Below are positions 47,186 to 61,399 of a DNA stretch of 64,000 nt, piece after piece (position 1 is the first letter of the stretch; the number at the start of each line of letters is the position of its first letter). Location: NCBI RefSeq assembly GCF_009914755.1, contig NC_060926.1; one strand, written 5' to 3'. Under the pieces are notes generated by a model. That model ran no database searches. It had not been told where the DNA came from and saw nothing but the letters and a program-made list of their open reading frames with translations. Source of the stretch: the human T2T-CHM13v2.0 reference genome, Homo sapiens. The position numbers were made by a program, and so were the translations under genes.

Positions 47186-49976
47186 TCTTTATTGTGTAGA
47201 TATTTAAGGACTCATATAGACCCATCATTTTTTATGGGCAAAAATCCCAACTCTGGTCTTCTAAATGTCTTTTGTAAATTTATTTCCCTAAATAAATCAT
47301 AAATCCACTTATAATACCTAGACCCACACAACGTGTATTCGTCATAGCTGCTCAAAAGGAATCCACAGTGTAGGTCAGAGCTACTTGATGAGAGAAAGTC
47401 TTGACTCTGCTAATAATGTTTTTACCTCACTGGCACCCACAGTATTTTGCCAGATTGCCTGAAGTCAGCATGCCTTCCTGATGGTCATGGACTGTTCTCC
47501 TTTTCCAGGAATGTCTCAAAGGGATCCTGCCTGAAAGGAAAGAGGCCATACTGTGATATTTCACTGCTTATAAAGAGACCAAGAATGGCCTCTGTCTTGT
47601 TCTTTTAGCTAGCTTCAAACAAACTTAGCCAGCTTAAAAACAGAAATGGAACTGATGAAGTCATCAACCTAGAGCCTCCCGCTACTGCCCATGTATTTTG
47701 TAGTCTAGAATGAAGCTAATAATCTCAAGAACTGCTTCCTAGAAAGGTTAAGGAGAAAAGCATGCCCCATCCCACTTCTCCTCCCATTTCCCACTCTTGA
47801 AATAGCATTGTTAGCATCTGATGTGAGCCAGAGGAGTATTTGAGGCTGTGCCATATGTCCTTGTTAGAAACACTGAGCTTATAATGACTAAGAAACTCCA
47901 GGGGGTTGTCTAAACCACCAAGGTTATAAAGGGCACAGCATCATCACAGCTGAACTAAAATTTAATATGATTCTTACTTTACCACCCATGGTGACCTAAG
48001 AAGGTGGTAAGGGGGACAAACTCTAAATAGAGGGCTCAGTTGTGGCTCACCAAGAAGCTAAATATGCTGTTTTCATGGTAGAATAGGGAAGAAGAAACTG
48101 GTAAATATTTCCAAATGTCATGTGTTTACATATGAATCTATTCACTTCTTTATTTTTAAAATTCTTCTGAGAAGTACTTTAGAAGTAATCCCTAAATTTA
48201 AAGTATTTATAACAAAAATTTTACATATTCTCACCAGTTTAGAGCATTACCCAGAAGGAATTGTGACTCCATGGTCCAGGGGATTAGAGTTAGTCATTAG
48301 GGGTGGGAATTTCTTCTCAGAACGAAGTTAGAGCTCTGTAACCATCTTATGTGACCAAGTAGATGTTTGAGAAAGATCTGGAATTAACGTAATGAAGGTG
48401 AGTAGCACTGAGAATGCCCATAGAGTCTGTAGCTTAGATGGGGGTGGGTGTCACCATGATCTTAGTGTTGCACTTTTTGGAAACTAGGTTTAGGTGAGGA
48501 ATGAAGTCACAATCCCCTAAGAAGGGAATAATGAATAAACTAGTTATATCAGCTTATTACTTTAGAGTAGAAAACAGACCTCATGCAGGAATCATTCTGC
48601 ATATGTGGTGAAGCCTTCTTGGTGAGCAGACAAACAAAAAAGAAAATTCACTTTTTCTAAAAAAATAGCACATCAGACCTTTGTAGCCTGGAGAACTCAT
48701 TCTTCTCTACTTTAGAGGTGTTTCTTTTTCTAATAACTGGGAAGGGCTGTCTCTAACCGGAGCTCCTGTACCACCCCTAAAGATATCAATAATTTCTCAT
48801 TCTCCAACTTTTAGTTTTCCCATTTTTATTGGTCCTCAAAACTTTGTCTTTGCGGCACTCCCTGCCTCATCATACTTGTGACAAGTTGAATTCCTAAGAC
48901 TCAGGCTCGTATTACAAAGGATGCAATTTAGATGAGCAACTCCCTGGTGAGATGAGTGGCTCTCTGGCAAACGGGGTGGGGAACATAGAGAACTAAGAGT
49001 CAGGAAACTTGGGGCCTATATCTAGGGCATCTGTTACCTAACATTCTGACCCAGACTATGTTTTTCTTGCTTCAGTGGCTTAGGCTGCAAAATAAGGTCC
49101 CTTTCACCTTTGACACATAATCCAGATCTTGTACTTTACTTTAGTAATTTTAGAAAGAAGACATTTAGGCCGAGGAGATGAATGTCTGTTCTCATTGAGG
49201 TAATGAGGTTTTCTACCACTTTATTTTTCTTGGTAAAGTCTTTGCTTATAATCTGGCAGCCTTTATTTGTATTCCTTTTTCTTCCTTTGGCTGGCTGGAG
49301 AGCAAGTGCCATTGACATGGCCCAAAGAGTATCATCTTTTCAGCCTTGGAGCAAGGAGTCTCAGAGTAGAGCACCCCCACTCCCTCCCCAAATGCCTGTG
49401 AATGACAAGGCAGGAAAAACATTTTTTAATTAAGTCAATTCAGTTGTTACAAGTTGAATTAATCTCTAATTTAGGGATATCATGGGAAACTATTTATAAT
49501 ATATGCCAGCTGACCCTTATCCAAATTTCCATGGAAATAGCAATGTTATAACACAGGGTGTTCTTGGACTGCTCTAAAAATTCCAGCTGGTTTAAGTATG
49601 ATATTGAACCGAAAAATGAAGCCTTCTACTAACAAATGTGTTGAAGTATGCACTCAGGTGCTCAGGAGGTATAGGCTTAGCTTGAAAAAATTCAAGGCAT
49701 GATACCCTGGGCTTTCCCTCAAACCTCTTTAATTAAGACCTCTGATATTGTTGTGTTGTTTCTATCTGAAGTCAAATGGGAATTGCAGAAAGTTTTGCAG
49801 TTTTTTTTTTCTCCTCCATGAGGTAGAGATTCGTCTATGCCAGGAGAAGTGAAGATAGTCACGTCTTTCTCTTGAATGATGTAATAAAGTTTTGCAAGGG
49901 ATAAACCATGTTTCACTTGTATCAGATTTATTTATCAAATGTGTTGCCATTAAGAGTATGAAAATATTTCAGCTGA

Positions 49977-50273
49977 GGCCAGGCGCAGTGGCTCACGCCT
50001 GTAATCCCAGCACTTTGGGAGGCCAAGGCAGGTGGATCACCTGAGGTCAGGAGTTCAGGACCAGCCTGGCCAACGTGGTGAAACCCTGCCTCTACTAAAA
50101 ATATAAAAATTAGCTGGGCGTGGTGGCAGGCACCTATAATCCCATCTACTCCAGAGGCTAAGGCAGGGAGAATTACTTGAACCCAGGAGGCAGAGGTTGC
50201 AGTGAGCCAAGATCACGCCATTGCACTCCAGCCTAGGTGACACAGCAAGACACTGTATCAAAAAAGAAAAAAA
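49977..50273 (+). mobile_element. AluS
   Basis: Full-length; TSD ttcagctga. Confidence 0.95.
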
Positions 50274-50773
50274 TTCAGCTGAAATAATAGCATATGGGAG
50301 AAATTAGCCATGTATTTATAATACGCGTAGTAAAAGTGCAGACGCTATGACTATATTGCATGCTTGGTGAAAGTAATGGCAGGTTTGCTATATTCAAAAC
50401 ATTTGAATTAATCTGTTCAAACCATGCACAGCATTACAGAATTGACATTCCAGCACAGTGACTGCAGTCTGCAGCAGTTGCAGTTTTGTCATCTATACAA
50501 CGTCAAACAAGATGCAAACCACCAGGCTTGGTAGATAGAATACCCTTTGAGAATTAAGTAATCCTGAGATGACTTTGCTCATCATTGATGTCCTGTGACG
50601 TCAACTGAAGGCTTGTCTTGCCCATTTCACCTTGTCATTGTGGTTATTGGTTTTCTCCATTAAAATGGAAAATTGGATTATATTTAGCAGAATGAACATA
50701 TATTTGATGCTTTAGGTAAAATATATACAGTCATATGCCACATAATGACTTGATGTTTTAGGTAAAATATATA

Positions 50774-51160
50774 CAGTCATATGCCACATAATTCAACATT
50801 TTGATCAACGATGAACTGCATATATAACAGTGGTCCCACAAGATTAAAATTAATATTTTTACTATACCTTTTTTATGTTTAGATACACAAATGTCATTGT
50901 GTTACAGTTGCCTACACTATTCAGTAACATGGCATACTATACACTCCATTGCACTCCATGTGCGCCATTGCACTCCAGTCTAGGCGACAGCCTAGGTTTG
51001 TAGCCTAGGAGCAAATAGGTTATACCACATATCCTAGGTGGGTAGTAAGCTATACCATCTAGATTCATGTAAGCACAGTCTATGATGTTCACACAACAGT
51101 GTAATCACCTAACGATGCATTTCTCAGAATGTATCCCAGTCATTAAATGATGCATGACCG
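50774..51160 (+). mobile_element. Tigger3a/MER7-type DNA transposon
   Basis: ta|cagtcatatgccacata...cattaaatgatgcatgaccg|ta. Confidence 0.82.
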
Positions 51161-51414
51161 TATGTATTATCTGAAGTTAGCACCCTTTAGCAAACTCCTG
51201 AATCATTAATTTGCAACCCTTTGGTTACATCTTTTTTCTTACCATTATAAGAATTTGCTTAATATGAATTTGTGGATTAAAGTGATTTAAAGTGCTCTCT
51301 ATATTAGGGAGATTAGCCCTTTGTCTGTGATATGAGATGACAATATTTTTTCCCAAGTTTGACATTTTTCGTTTGAAAAATTTTTTTTGTCATGTAGATT
51401 GAAAATTTTTTTCC

Positions 51415-52153
<739 letters not shown>

Positions 52154-52372
52154 AGTTGTTGCTGTTTTTTTTTTTTAATCCACAGCTGACCTGAAAGTCT
52201 TTTATGTCTCCAGATTTTAACAGAAAGCCTTCCCCACTCTGAGTTAGTAGAGATAGTTTCCTTTGTTTTCTTCTAGTATTTTAATTATTTCATTTTTAAA
52301 ATTTAAATCTTTACTCCTTTAGAATTTACCTGGTATATAGTATGAGGCATGAATTCAACTTAATTTTATTAA

Positions 52373-52773
<401 letters not shown>

Positions 52774-52984
52774 TTAGATACCCTGTGTATCATACACCAA
52801 ATTCTGTATGCATTGAGATCTATTTCTGAATTTCCTGTTCTGTTTTCTTGATTTGTCTATTCCTGTGTCAGGAATACACCTTCAACTATTGTAGCTTTAT
52901 ATTATTTTATAATAAATGCTAGGAATTGTCCACCTCATTTTATTCTCTTTTAGAGATTTCTTTGAAATCCTTGTTTTATTTTTT

Positions 52985-54480
52985 TCTGTATAATTTTCAT
53001 TTTTGAATTGACACATAATAATTGTACATATTAATGGAGTACATAGTGATGTTTCAATATATACAATGCTTAGTGATCAGATCAGGATAATCAGCATATC
53101 CATAATCTCAAACATTTATAATTTCTTTGTATTGGAAAAATTCAATACCCTCTCTTCTAGCTATTTGAAAATATGTAATATTGTTAACTATAGTCACCCT
53201 ATAGTGCTATAAAACAGAACTTATTCTTCCTGTACAGCTGTAATTTTGTGTCCTTTAACGTATCTCACCATCTTCCCCTTCCCCCATCTCCCTATCCTCT
53301 AGTAACTTCTTTTCTACTTTTTACTTCTATGAGATTGGCTTTTTTTTTAGCTCGTGCATATGAATGAGAATATGAGGTGTTTAACTTTCTGTTCCTGGCT
53401 ATTTTCACTTAACATAATGTTCTTCAGTCCCATCCATGTTGCAGGAATCACAGGATTTCATTCTTTTTTATGGCTGAATTGTGTTCCATTGGGTATATAT
53501 ACCACATTTCCTTGATTCATTTATCTATTGTTGGACATTTAAGTTGATTCCTTATCTTAGCTACTTTGAATGGTGCAGCAATAAACATGGGGGTGCAGAT
53601 ACCTCTTCAATGTACTGATTTCCTTTCCTTTGGATAAATGCTGAGTAGTGGGATTGTTGGTTCATATGGCAGTTCCATTTGCAGTTTTTTGAGGAATATT
53701 GTTCTCCATAGTGGTTTTGTTGGTTTACATTCCCACCAACAGTGTGTAAGTGTTTCCTTTTCTCTGCATCGTTGTTTTTTGTCTTTTTGATAATAGCTAT
53801 CCTAACTGGGGTAAGATGATATCTCACTGTGGTTTTGATTGGCATTTCCTTCATGACTAGTGATGTTGAGCTTTTTTTTCCATGTATTTTTTTGGATAAA
53901 TGTATGTCTCTTTTGAGAAATGTCTATTCAGATCATTTGCCCATTTTTTAATCAGATTTTTTTTTTTTTGCTGTTGCGATGTTTGATTTCCTTGTATATT
54001 CTGGATATTAATCCCCTAGTGGATGAATAGTTTGCACATATTTTCTCCATTCTACAGGTTGCCTTTTCACTCTGTTGTTTCTTTTGATGTGCGGAAGCTT
54101 TTCAGTTGGATATAATCTGTTCATTTTTGCTTTTGTTGCCTGTGCTTTTGAGGTCTTATTCATAAAATCTTGCCCCAGACCAATGTCCTGGAACTTTTCT
54201 CCTATGTTTTTCTCTAGGAGTTTTATAGTTTTAGGTATTACATTTAGGTCTTTAATCCACTTGAAGTTGATTTTTATGTAGAGTGAGAGATGGAGGTCTA
54301 GTTTCATTCTTCTGCATGTGGCTATTTAGTTTTCCCAGCACCATTTATTGAAAAGATTGTTCTTTCCCCCAATTAATGTTCTTGGCATCTTTGTCAAAAA
54401 TGGGTTGCCTGTAGATAAATGGATTAATTTCTGGGTTCTCTATTCTGTTCTACTGATCTGTGTGTTATTTTTTAATGTAT
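52985..54480 (-). mobile_element. L1MA-like 3' fragment nested in an older L1M (~51200-55130)
   Basis: ORF2 C-terminal remnants (KLDLHLSLYIKINFKWIKDLN; EMPIKTTVRYHLTPVRIAIIKK). Confidence 0.85.
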
Positions 54481-56029
54481 ACTTTAGAATTTGTTTGTCT
54501 CATTCTCCCCCCACCCCTACCCTTCTCCAATTTTTGGCCTTGTTACTGTAGTTATAATTAATTGCTAAATTAGCTTAGGGAGAACAACTTTATGAGGTTG
54601 AGTCTTCCTATCTAACTAACTTGGTATGTCTTCCCCTTTGTACAAGTCTTTGTGTCTTCAGGAATGCCTTAAAATTTTATTAGTAAATATGGCACATTTC
54701 TAAAGCTTTTTCTTAAGTATTTCATCTTTTTCTGTTGCTATTGTAGATAGTCTTTCCCCATTTCATCTTCCAACTTTCTGTGTTTGTAATCTAAAATCTA
54801 TTGATATAATAATTCTCTATCGTGCTGCCTAAGTTTTCTTGTTTACTTTTTCAATTGAATGTCATAGGGTTTTCTATATTCATCAGAAATTGTAGTAGTT
54901 TTATTATGTTCTCTAAATTTTTATACCTCTAGTTTCTTTCTCTTAGTAATTGTATTGTCTAATATCTAATATCTAGGATGTTAAGTAATGGTGGTGACAA
55001 ATGAGCATCCTTCTTTGTTCCTGAATTGAGTGGGAATACCTCTAGTGTTGTCCTGCTAGGCATAATAGTTACTTTGGGATCAAGGTATATTTTATCAAGT
55101 TAAGAAGGTATCCACTTATTTCTACCATTGATTTCAACATATTTCTAAATCATAGTAAAGCCCCAGGGCTATGTACCTGCACCATGATAGGATAAAAGCT
55201 CTAAAAGGAAAGACACTTAAGACCCTCTAGTCTACCTTCCTCCCATCATGAGTATTAAATTCCAAGCACAGGAAGGTTGTAACTATTCCCTGCCCCAAAG
55301 TCCTAAAATTAGATTAGAAGACAATTTGGAACACTGTCTCTTAGGTCTTATAGCAGCGTTTTTTGGGGTATGTTAGGCTAACACTATTTCTCTATAACAT
55401 TATTTCTCTTCCTTTGTGCTCTCTCCTTGAGATTTTTCCATTTTATCCTTCTCTTCTCATCTCACTTCTGGGACTTCACGTGTATTGCTTGGCTGTGCAT
55501 TCTTCCTCCAGCCTGCCATTGCTGACAAGCCAAGTTTATCTTAGGAGAGTTCTAGACAGTGACATAATCCCTTCCCCACCCAAAAAGACTCTTTGCTATT
55601 TGCTCTTCCTGGACAAAGTACATTGTCTTCCAAATGCTGTTGGTTACATCTGGAATTAAAGCAGAAAGCTCATTGGAGCTGCTGAACACCTCAAAATATA
55701 CTTCAGTTTTTACAGTGCCTTTAGCAAGGTGATTTTAGCCAACAGTGAAAGTATCATAGGCACTACTGTATCTTATATTCATTTGTAGGTGGTATTCAGA
55801 TTTCAAAAGAAATTGTCATAATATTTATTATATTTAAATGGAAAACATAAACAATTACATATTAGTGCTATACTTCTGATTTTAGATTCACCTGTGTCAT
55901 AACTTTAACATCAAAATTAGTAAATGTTTCATATGCTAAGAAAACTTATATGCAAATGGAAAAAATCTAAGCCAATTATTATTTTCATAATGTTCTACTG
56001 TGAAACAAAAGATAGTATTTCTGTCCATA

Positions 56030-56260
56030 TGTAGTTATCAGACTCTGGAGTCAGATAGACTTGGGTTAGAATTCTGGATTTACCACCACCTGGCTGGGTG
56101 ACTGGACAGAAGTAACATATTCTCAACTGAGTCTCACATTCCTCAGCTGCAGAATGGGGACAGAAATACTTTGTACAGTTATATGAGAATTAAGAAAATG
56201 CACACAAAGTGCTTAGCCAGTGGCTACCATGCCCTAAGACTTTAACAGATGATAACTATT
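56030..56260 (+). mobile_element. MIR
   Basis: agactctggagtcagatagacttgggttagaattc...aaagtgcttagc. Confidence 0.8.
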
Positions 56261-57605
56261 ACCATAGCCTATTGTTAATGGCTGTAATAAAGCCTGTTGT
56301 TTTTAACTTTTATTAACTTAAAGAATAAATGTTGCAGTTTGACTCAGTGTGGGACTATAATTGCAAAGCAACTCATTTATCCACACAGCCTCCTTTCTGA
56401 GAATTAGAACTAATGTACTTAGAAGGATTTGACTGAAGTTCTGCTCTGGATTTTCTTAGGAATTATTTGGGCAACCATGTCCATTAACACTTATCTAGAA
56501 CCGCAAGGCTGAAAGTATGTTATTGTTTGATTAGGTTTTCATTAGCCAATTATTATTTATTGACCATATGATAGGTGGAATAGATAAGTATCACAAAAGA
56601 CATACGATTCCTACTTTACACATTTAGAACTAAAAACAGAAGGGCATCTTTGATTTACTTAAAGGGTCCACTTTGTGCTAGATATAATACCATGCCCTAG
56701 GGATACATAGATGAAAAGATAGCCCCCTACTCTGAAGAAACTTATGGTCTAGTATGGTGTCTAGAATGGAACTTAGAAGCCACTTCTTATAGGAAGCCTT
56801 CCCTAAACTTCAGGTAGGGAAAATTTCCCTCTTATGTCATAGCCCCCAAGCTTACACTTAAGTTTGGCATTTGTCACACTGTAGATTGTCTGTCTCCTAT
56901 GCTAGACTGTAGGCTGCTTGAGAACAGGGACTATGTCTTACTCATCACCGAAGAAAAGAAGATGACTAAAACATAATCTTGGCCCTTGAAGAAGTTAAAA
57001 TTGAGTGACAAATATAAACTACAAACATCTGTAAACAACTAAGCTCAAAATACATTTTTATGAATTATAAATTCTACAGAGTATATGCTACAAGAGGTAG
57101 GAGGTTTTGGAAAGATGATTTAGAAGATACGGCATTTCAGTTTAGAAGGAATGGTGTGATTTCCATGGTTGAGGTGGGCAAATGAATCCAAGGTTAAGGA
57201 ACATCATGAGCAAAGGCACAGAATCGGGACTGTACATGGGCTACTTAAGGAATAGTAAGGAGTTCCATGTGAGTGGACTCTGGTAAGAATGTTAGGTAGG
57301 GGATTGGTTGTAGCTGATCTTGGATGCAGTAGTAGGGTGTTTGGATTTTCTTCTGCAGGCAGTGGTGCATTGACAAGGATATTTGAGCAAAAGGGACATG
57401 ATTACTTTGTCAATAGTGTAAATGATGGGAAAAGAGAGATAATATTCAGGAAGGGGACTCCTGGGACTGCCAATAATGTAGACAAGAGGTATTAAGGTGA
57501 GAATAGATATGGAAAGGGAACAATTCTGGAAGCATTGTGCAAATTGACTTGTCAGACTCTAATTTGGAATAAGGGCGATTCCAATTTAAAAGTCCTTATT
57601 TCCTA

Positions 57606-57707
<102 letters not shown>

Positions 57708-57906
57708 TCAAAGGTGATGGCTCTAGTTTACATTCTCCGTCATTTACATGCTCTGGCCATGGCATGGGTAAAGTCACTCAGAAAGCATTTAAAGAAAAGC
57801 CAGAGGGAGGTCACAGAACCTTGTGGAAAACTTATATTTAAGGGGTAGGTAAATCTTCATATTTAGAAGAGATTATGTTTCAAAACTTACTAAAAAGACA
57901 AAAATG

Positions 57907-58228
<322 letters not shown>

Positions 58229-58443
58229 TCATCCTTTAAGTGGTTTGCTTAAGTTAACATCTGGTTTATGGCAGAGCCCCCAACCCCTGACATGTAGCTC
58301 AGTGCACTTTCTATTTTATGCTCTAGATTTTAGTTTAATGCTAAATGTGAGGATATCACCTACCTTTTCCATCCTCATCTATCTTAGTAAACCGGATTAA
58401 ATTTGAATTCTGGACCCCTCTACTTTAAGTATCTTCTATCTCA

Positions 58444-58737
58444 GCCAGGCGTGGTGGCTCACGCTATAATCCCAGCACTTTGGGAGGCCAAGGCTGGCAG
58501 ATCACGAGGTCAGGAGTTCGAGACCAGCGTGGCCAGCATGGTGAAACCCTGTTTCTACTAAAAATACTTTAGCTCGGCGTGGTGGCGCACGCCTGTAATC
58601 CCAGCTACTCAGGAGGCTGAGGCAGGAGAATCACTTGAACCTGGGGAGGTAGAGGTTGCAGTGAGCCGAGATTGTGCCATTGCACTCCAGCAGAACTCCG
58701 TCTCAGGGCAGGTGGGTGGGGTGGGGGGGGGCGTTGA
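58444..58737 (+). mobile_element. AluS with G-rich tail
   Basis: Perfect 17-bp TSD aagtatcttctatctca (58427-58443, 58738-58754). Confidence 0.93.
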
Positions 58738-59619
58738 AAGTATCTTCTATCTCATATGTTGATAGCTACCAATAGCAAAGAGAAAATTGTGCCACTGGAA
58801 AACAGGGCAAGTCATCTATATGGATGCCACTTAAAATTATGTGATATGAATTGATATAAAAAGCCTAATTAAATCTACCTTATGTTTCAAAGGCGGTAAG
58901 TTAATCTTTTACATTATTGTTTTTATACTCTACTCTTTATGTAAAAGAAAAACTACTTCATTTTCAAATGGTAAATTATTATCACCCAAATACATTGCTG
59001 TATACAGAAGTGGAAAGATTTTGCTCAAATAAGCCAAAGCTAATGATTTCATTATAATTCTATAGAAGTTTTTGTTGGTACTAATACTGTAATTGTCTAT
59101 AGCATATGCCATAGGTATTGTTTGAAATTGTTTTTATCTCTTAATTATCAAATGAAATATACCTCAAAGAGGGAGGCCTGAAAAGACATGAAACTTTGAA
59201 ATATAGAGCATCTTAAAAAGCAAGTACATGGTGACGCCAGTCTTCAGAATAGCATCATCCCTGTTGAACAGCATAAAAAATATATGGATTTGATGATCTA
59301 TTTGGCTGGAAGATAAAAAATGAACCATCATGAGCCATTATTAAAGAGGTGTTTATAACTGAAAAACTGTGATAAAGGTCAGTTGACAAAATGAGTGGAG
59401 CACTGTAAATACTAAGAGTTGATGGCCCATGCCTAGATAATTCAGTGTTTCTATTCTTAGAAAATGGATTTTAACCATTTGAATGGGCCTAGTAAATGAT
59501 CCTATTACAATTTTCACATATCAATTCATGGTTTACCCAAAAAGATGTGCAGCATACTTTTAAATTGGCCTTTTTCTGGCAGAGAGTTTCCAGAAAAATA
59601 ATGTGTTTTTTTTTGTTTT

Positions 59620-60785
59620 GAATTTATTTGCTTACTTTGGGTTTTTCTTAAGCAAGAATATTAAAGTACAATATACATACAGAGAAGTATGTTTTCTAAA
59701 TGTACAACTCAGTTAAGTTTCACAAGTTGAATATACTTACTTATCCAGCACCCAGATCAAGACACAAAACATCACCAGCGCTTCAGAATCTACCATCTCT
59801 TACTTCCTTCCAATCAATAGGTACTTACCACCCTAAAGTTTATTGGGAGACAATTCTCCCATGTGTCTCATGTTTCTGCATATCTTGTGAGCAAAGGCAC
59901 TGACTGCGTGTGTTCAGAATGTCTTTCCAAGGCAGCCTTGGAAGACCATGTCTCCAGAGCAAAGGGCAGGTGTGCTTATAGTCTTGAAAATAGAGATTAT
60001 GTCCCTTAGAGAGCAAAGAACAGGTTTACTTACTATTCGGTATAATAGAGATGTCTCCCTTCAAAGCGAAAAGGACAGGCATGCTTACTGCCCATTATAA
60101 AAGATTCAGATTCCCTATGTTCCCTACAGGAGTTCCTCTCCTGTAACACAATCCACTGTATGTACAGGTGTCACTTGACTTTCTGTTGCCTTGTGGGAAT
60201 TAGAGCTCAGGGAACCAGTGCAAATACTGACACTCTGACTATTGAGTTGTAAGGTCCTTTGTCTCTGACCTAGCATGTAAGGCTAACTTGTTAAGCTTGC
60301 AAGGAGGGTAAATCTCAGACCCGTCACTGTCCTTGGTGGTAAGCACTATTCTGACTTCTACCACCATAGATTAGTTTTACCTGCTGTTACACTTCATACA
60401 TAAAAGAATTATATAGCATGTACTCTGTCTGGCTTCTTACATCCAACAACATATTTGTGAGATTCATTCATATTATTGCATGTAGGCATAATTCTTTCTT
60501 AATAGTATACCATTGTGTGAACATTTTAAAAAATTGGGTTTTTTTTTCCACTATTGATGGACATTAGGGCAGCTCCCAGTGTCAGCTATTAAAATTCTGT
60601 TGTTATAAATACTTTATGCATGTCTTTGAGTGAATATATGTATATATTTCCGTTGGGTATATTCCCAGAACTAGATCAGAGGGTTCGCACTGGTGCTGCC
60701 AAACAACTTTCTAAAGTATCTGTACAAAGCTGCTCTCCCATAAACAGTATATGAGCCTTTTGGTATCTCTGTTATTTTCAACCTT
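59620..60785 (-). mobile_element. Old L1M 3' end interrupted by an ERVL LTR
   Basis: L1 3' UTR motifs on both sides of the LTR. Confidence 0.7.
59841..60337 (+). mobile_element. ERVL solo LTR (LTR32-like)
   Basis: ttgggagacaattctcc...gcttgcaaggagggtaaatctcagaccc; three internal degenerate atgtc...caaag..cagg..tgctta units. Confidence 0.7.
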
Positions 60786-60918
60786 TGTTATTTTCCATCA
60801 TCTTTGTTTTGTTTTTTTTCAGTGACATGCTTCAATTTTACCATCATCCATTCATAAGGAAAGATCCCATTGGCATAATGGAATTATACCATTGGCATAA
60901 AATAAATATGCCAATGGT

Positions 60919-61219
<301 letters not shown>

Positions 61220-61221
61220 TT

Positions 61222-61362
61222 AGGCTGAGGCAGGTGAATCATGAGGTCAGGAGTTCAAGACCAGCCTGGCCAACATGGTGAAACCCCATCTCTACTAAAA
61301 ATACAAAAATTAGCCAGGCGTGGTGGCACACGCCTATAATCCCAGCTACTGAGAAGGCTGAG
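61222..61362 (+). mobile_element. Alu fragment
   Basis: ggctgaggcaggtgaatcatgaggtcagg...ggctgag. Confidence 0.88.
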
Positions 61363-61399
61363 AAAAGAGACATGTCAATTACTAAGTTGTTACCAGGAC

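Noticed and set aside
59945-60100. Three ~55-bp degenerate repeats that look array-like
   Set aside because: Internal repeats of the LTR; no unique spacers and eukaryotic context, so not CRISPR.
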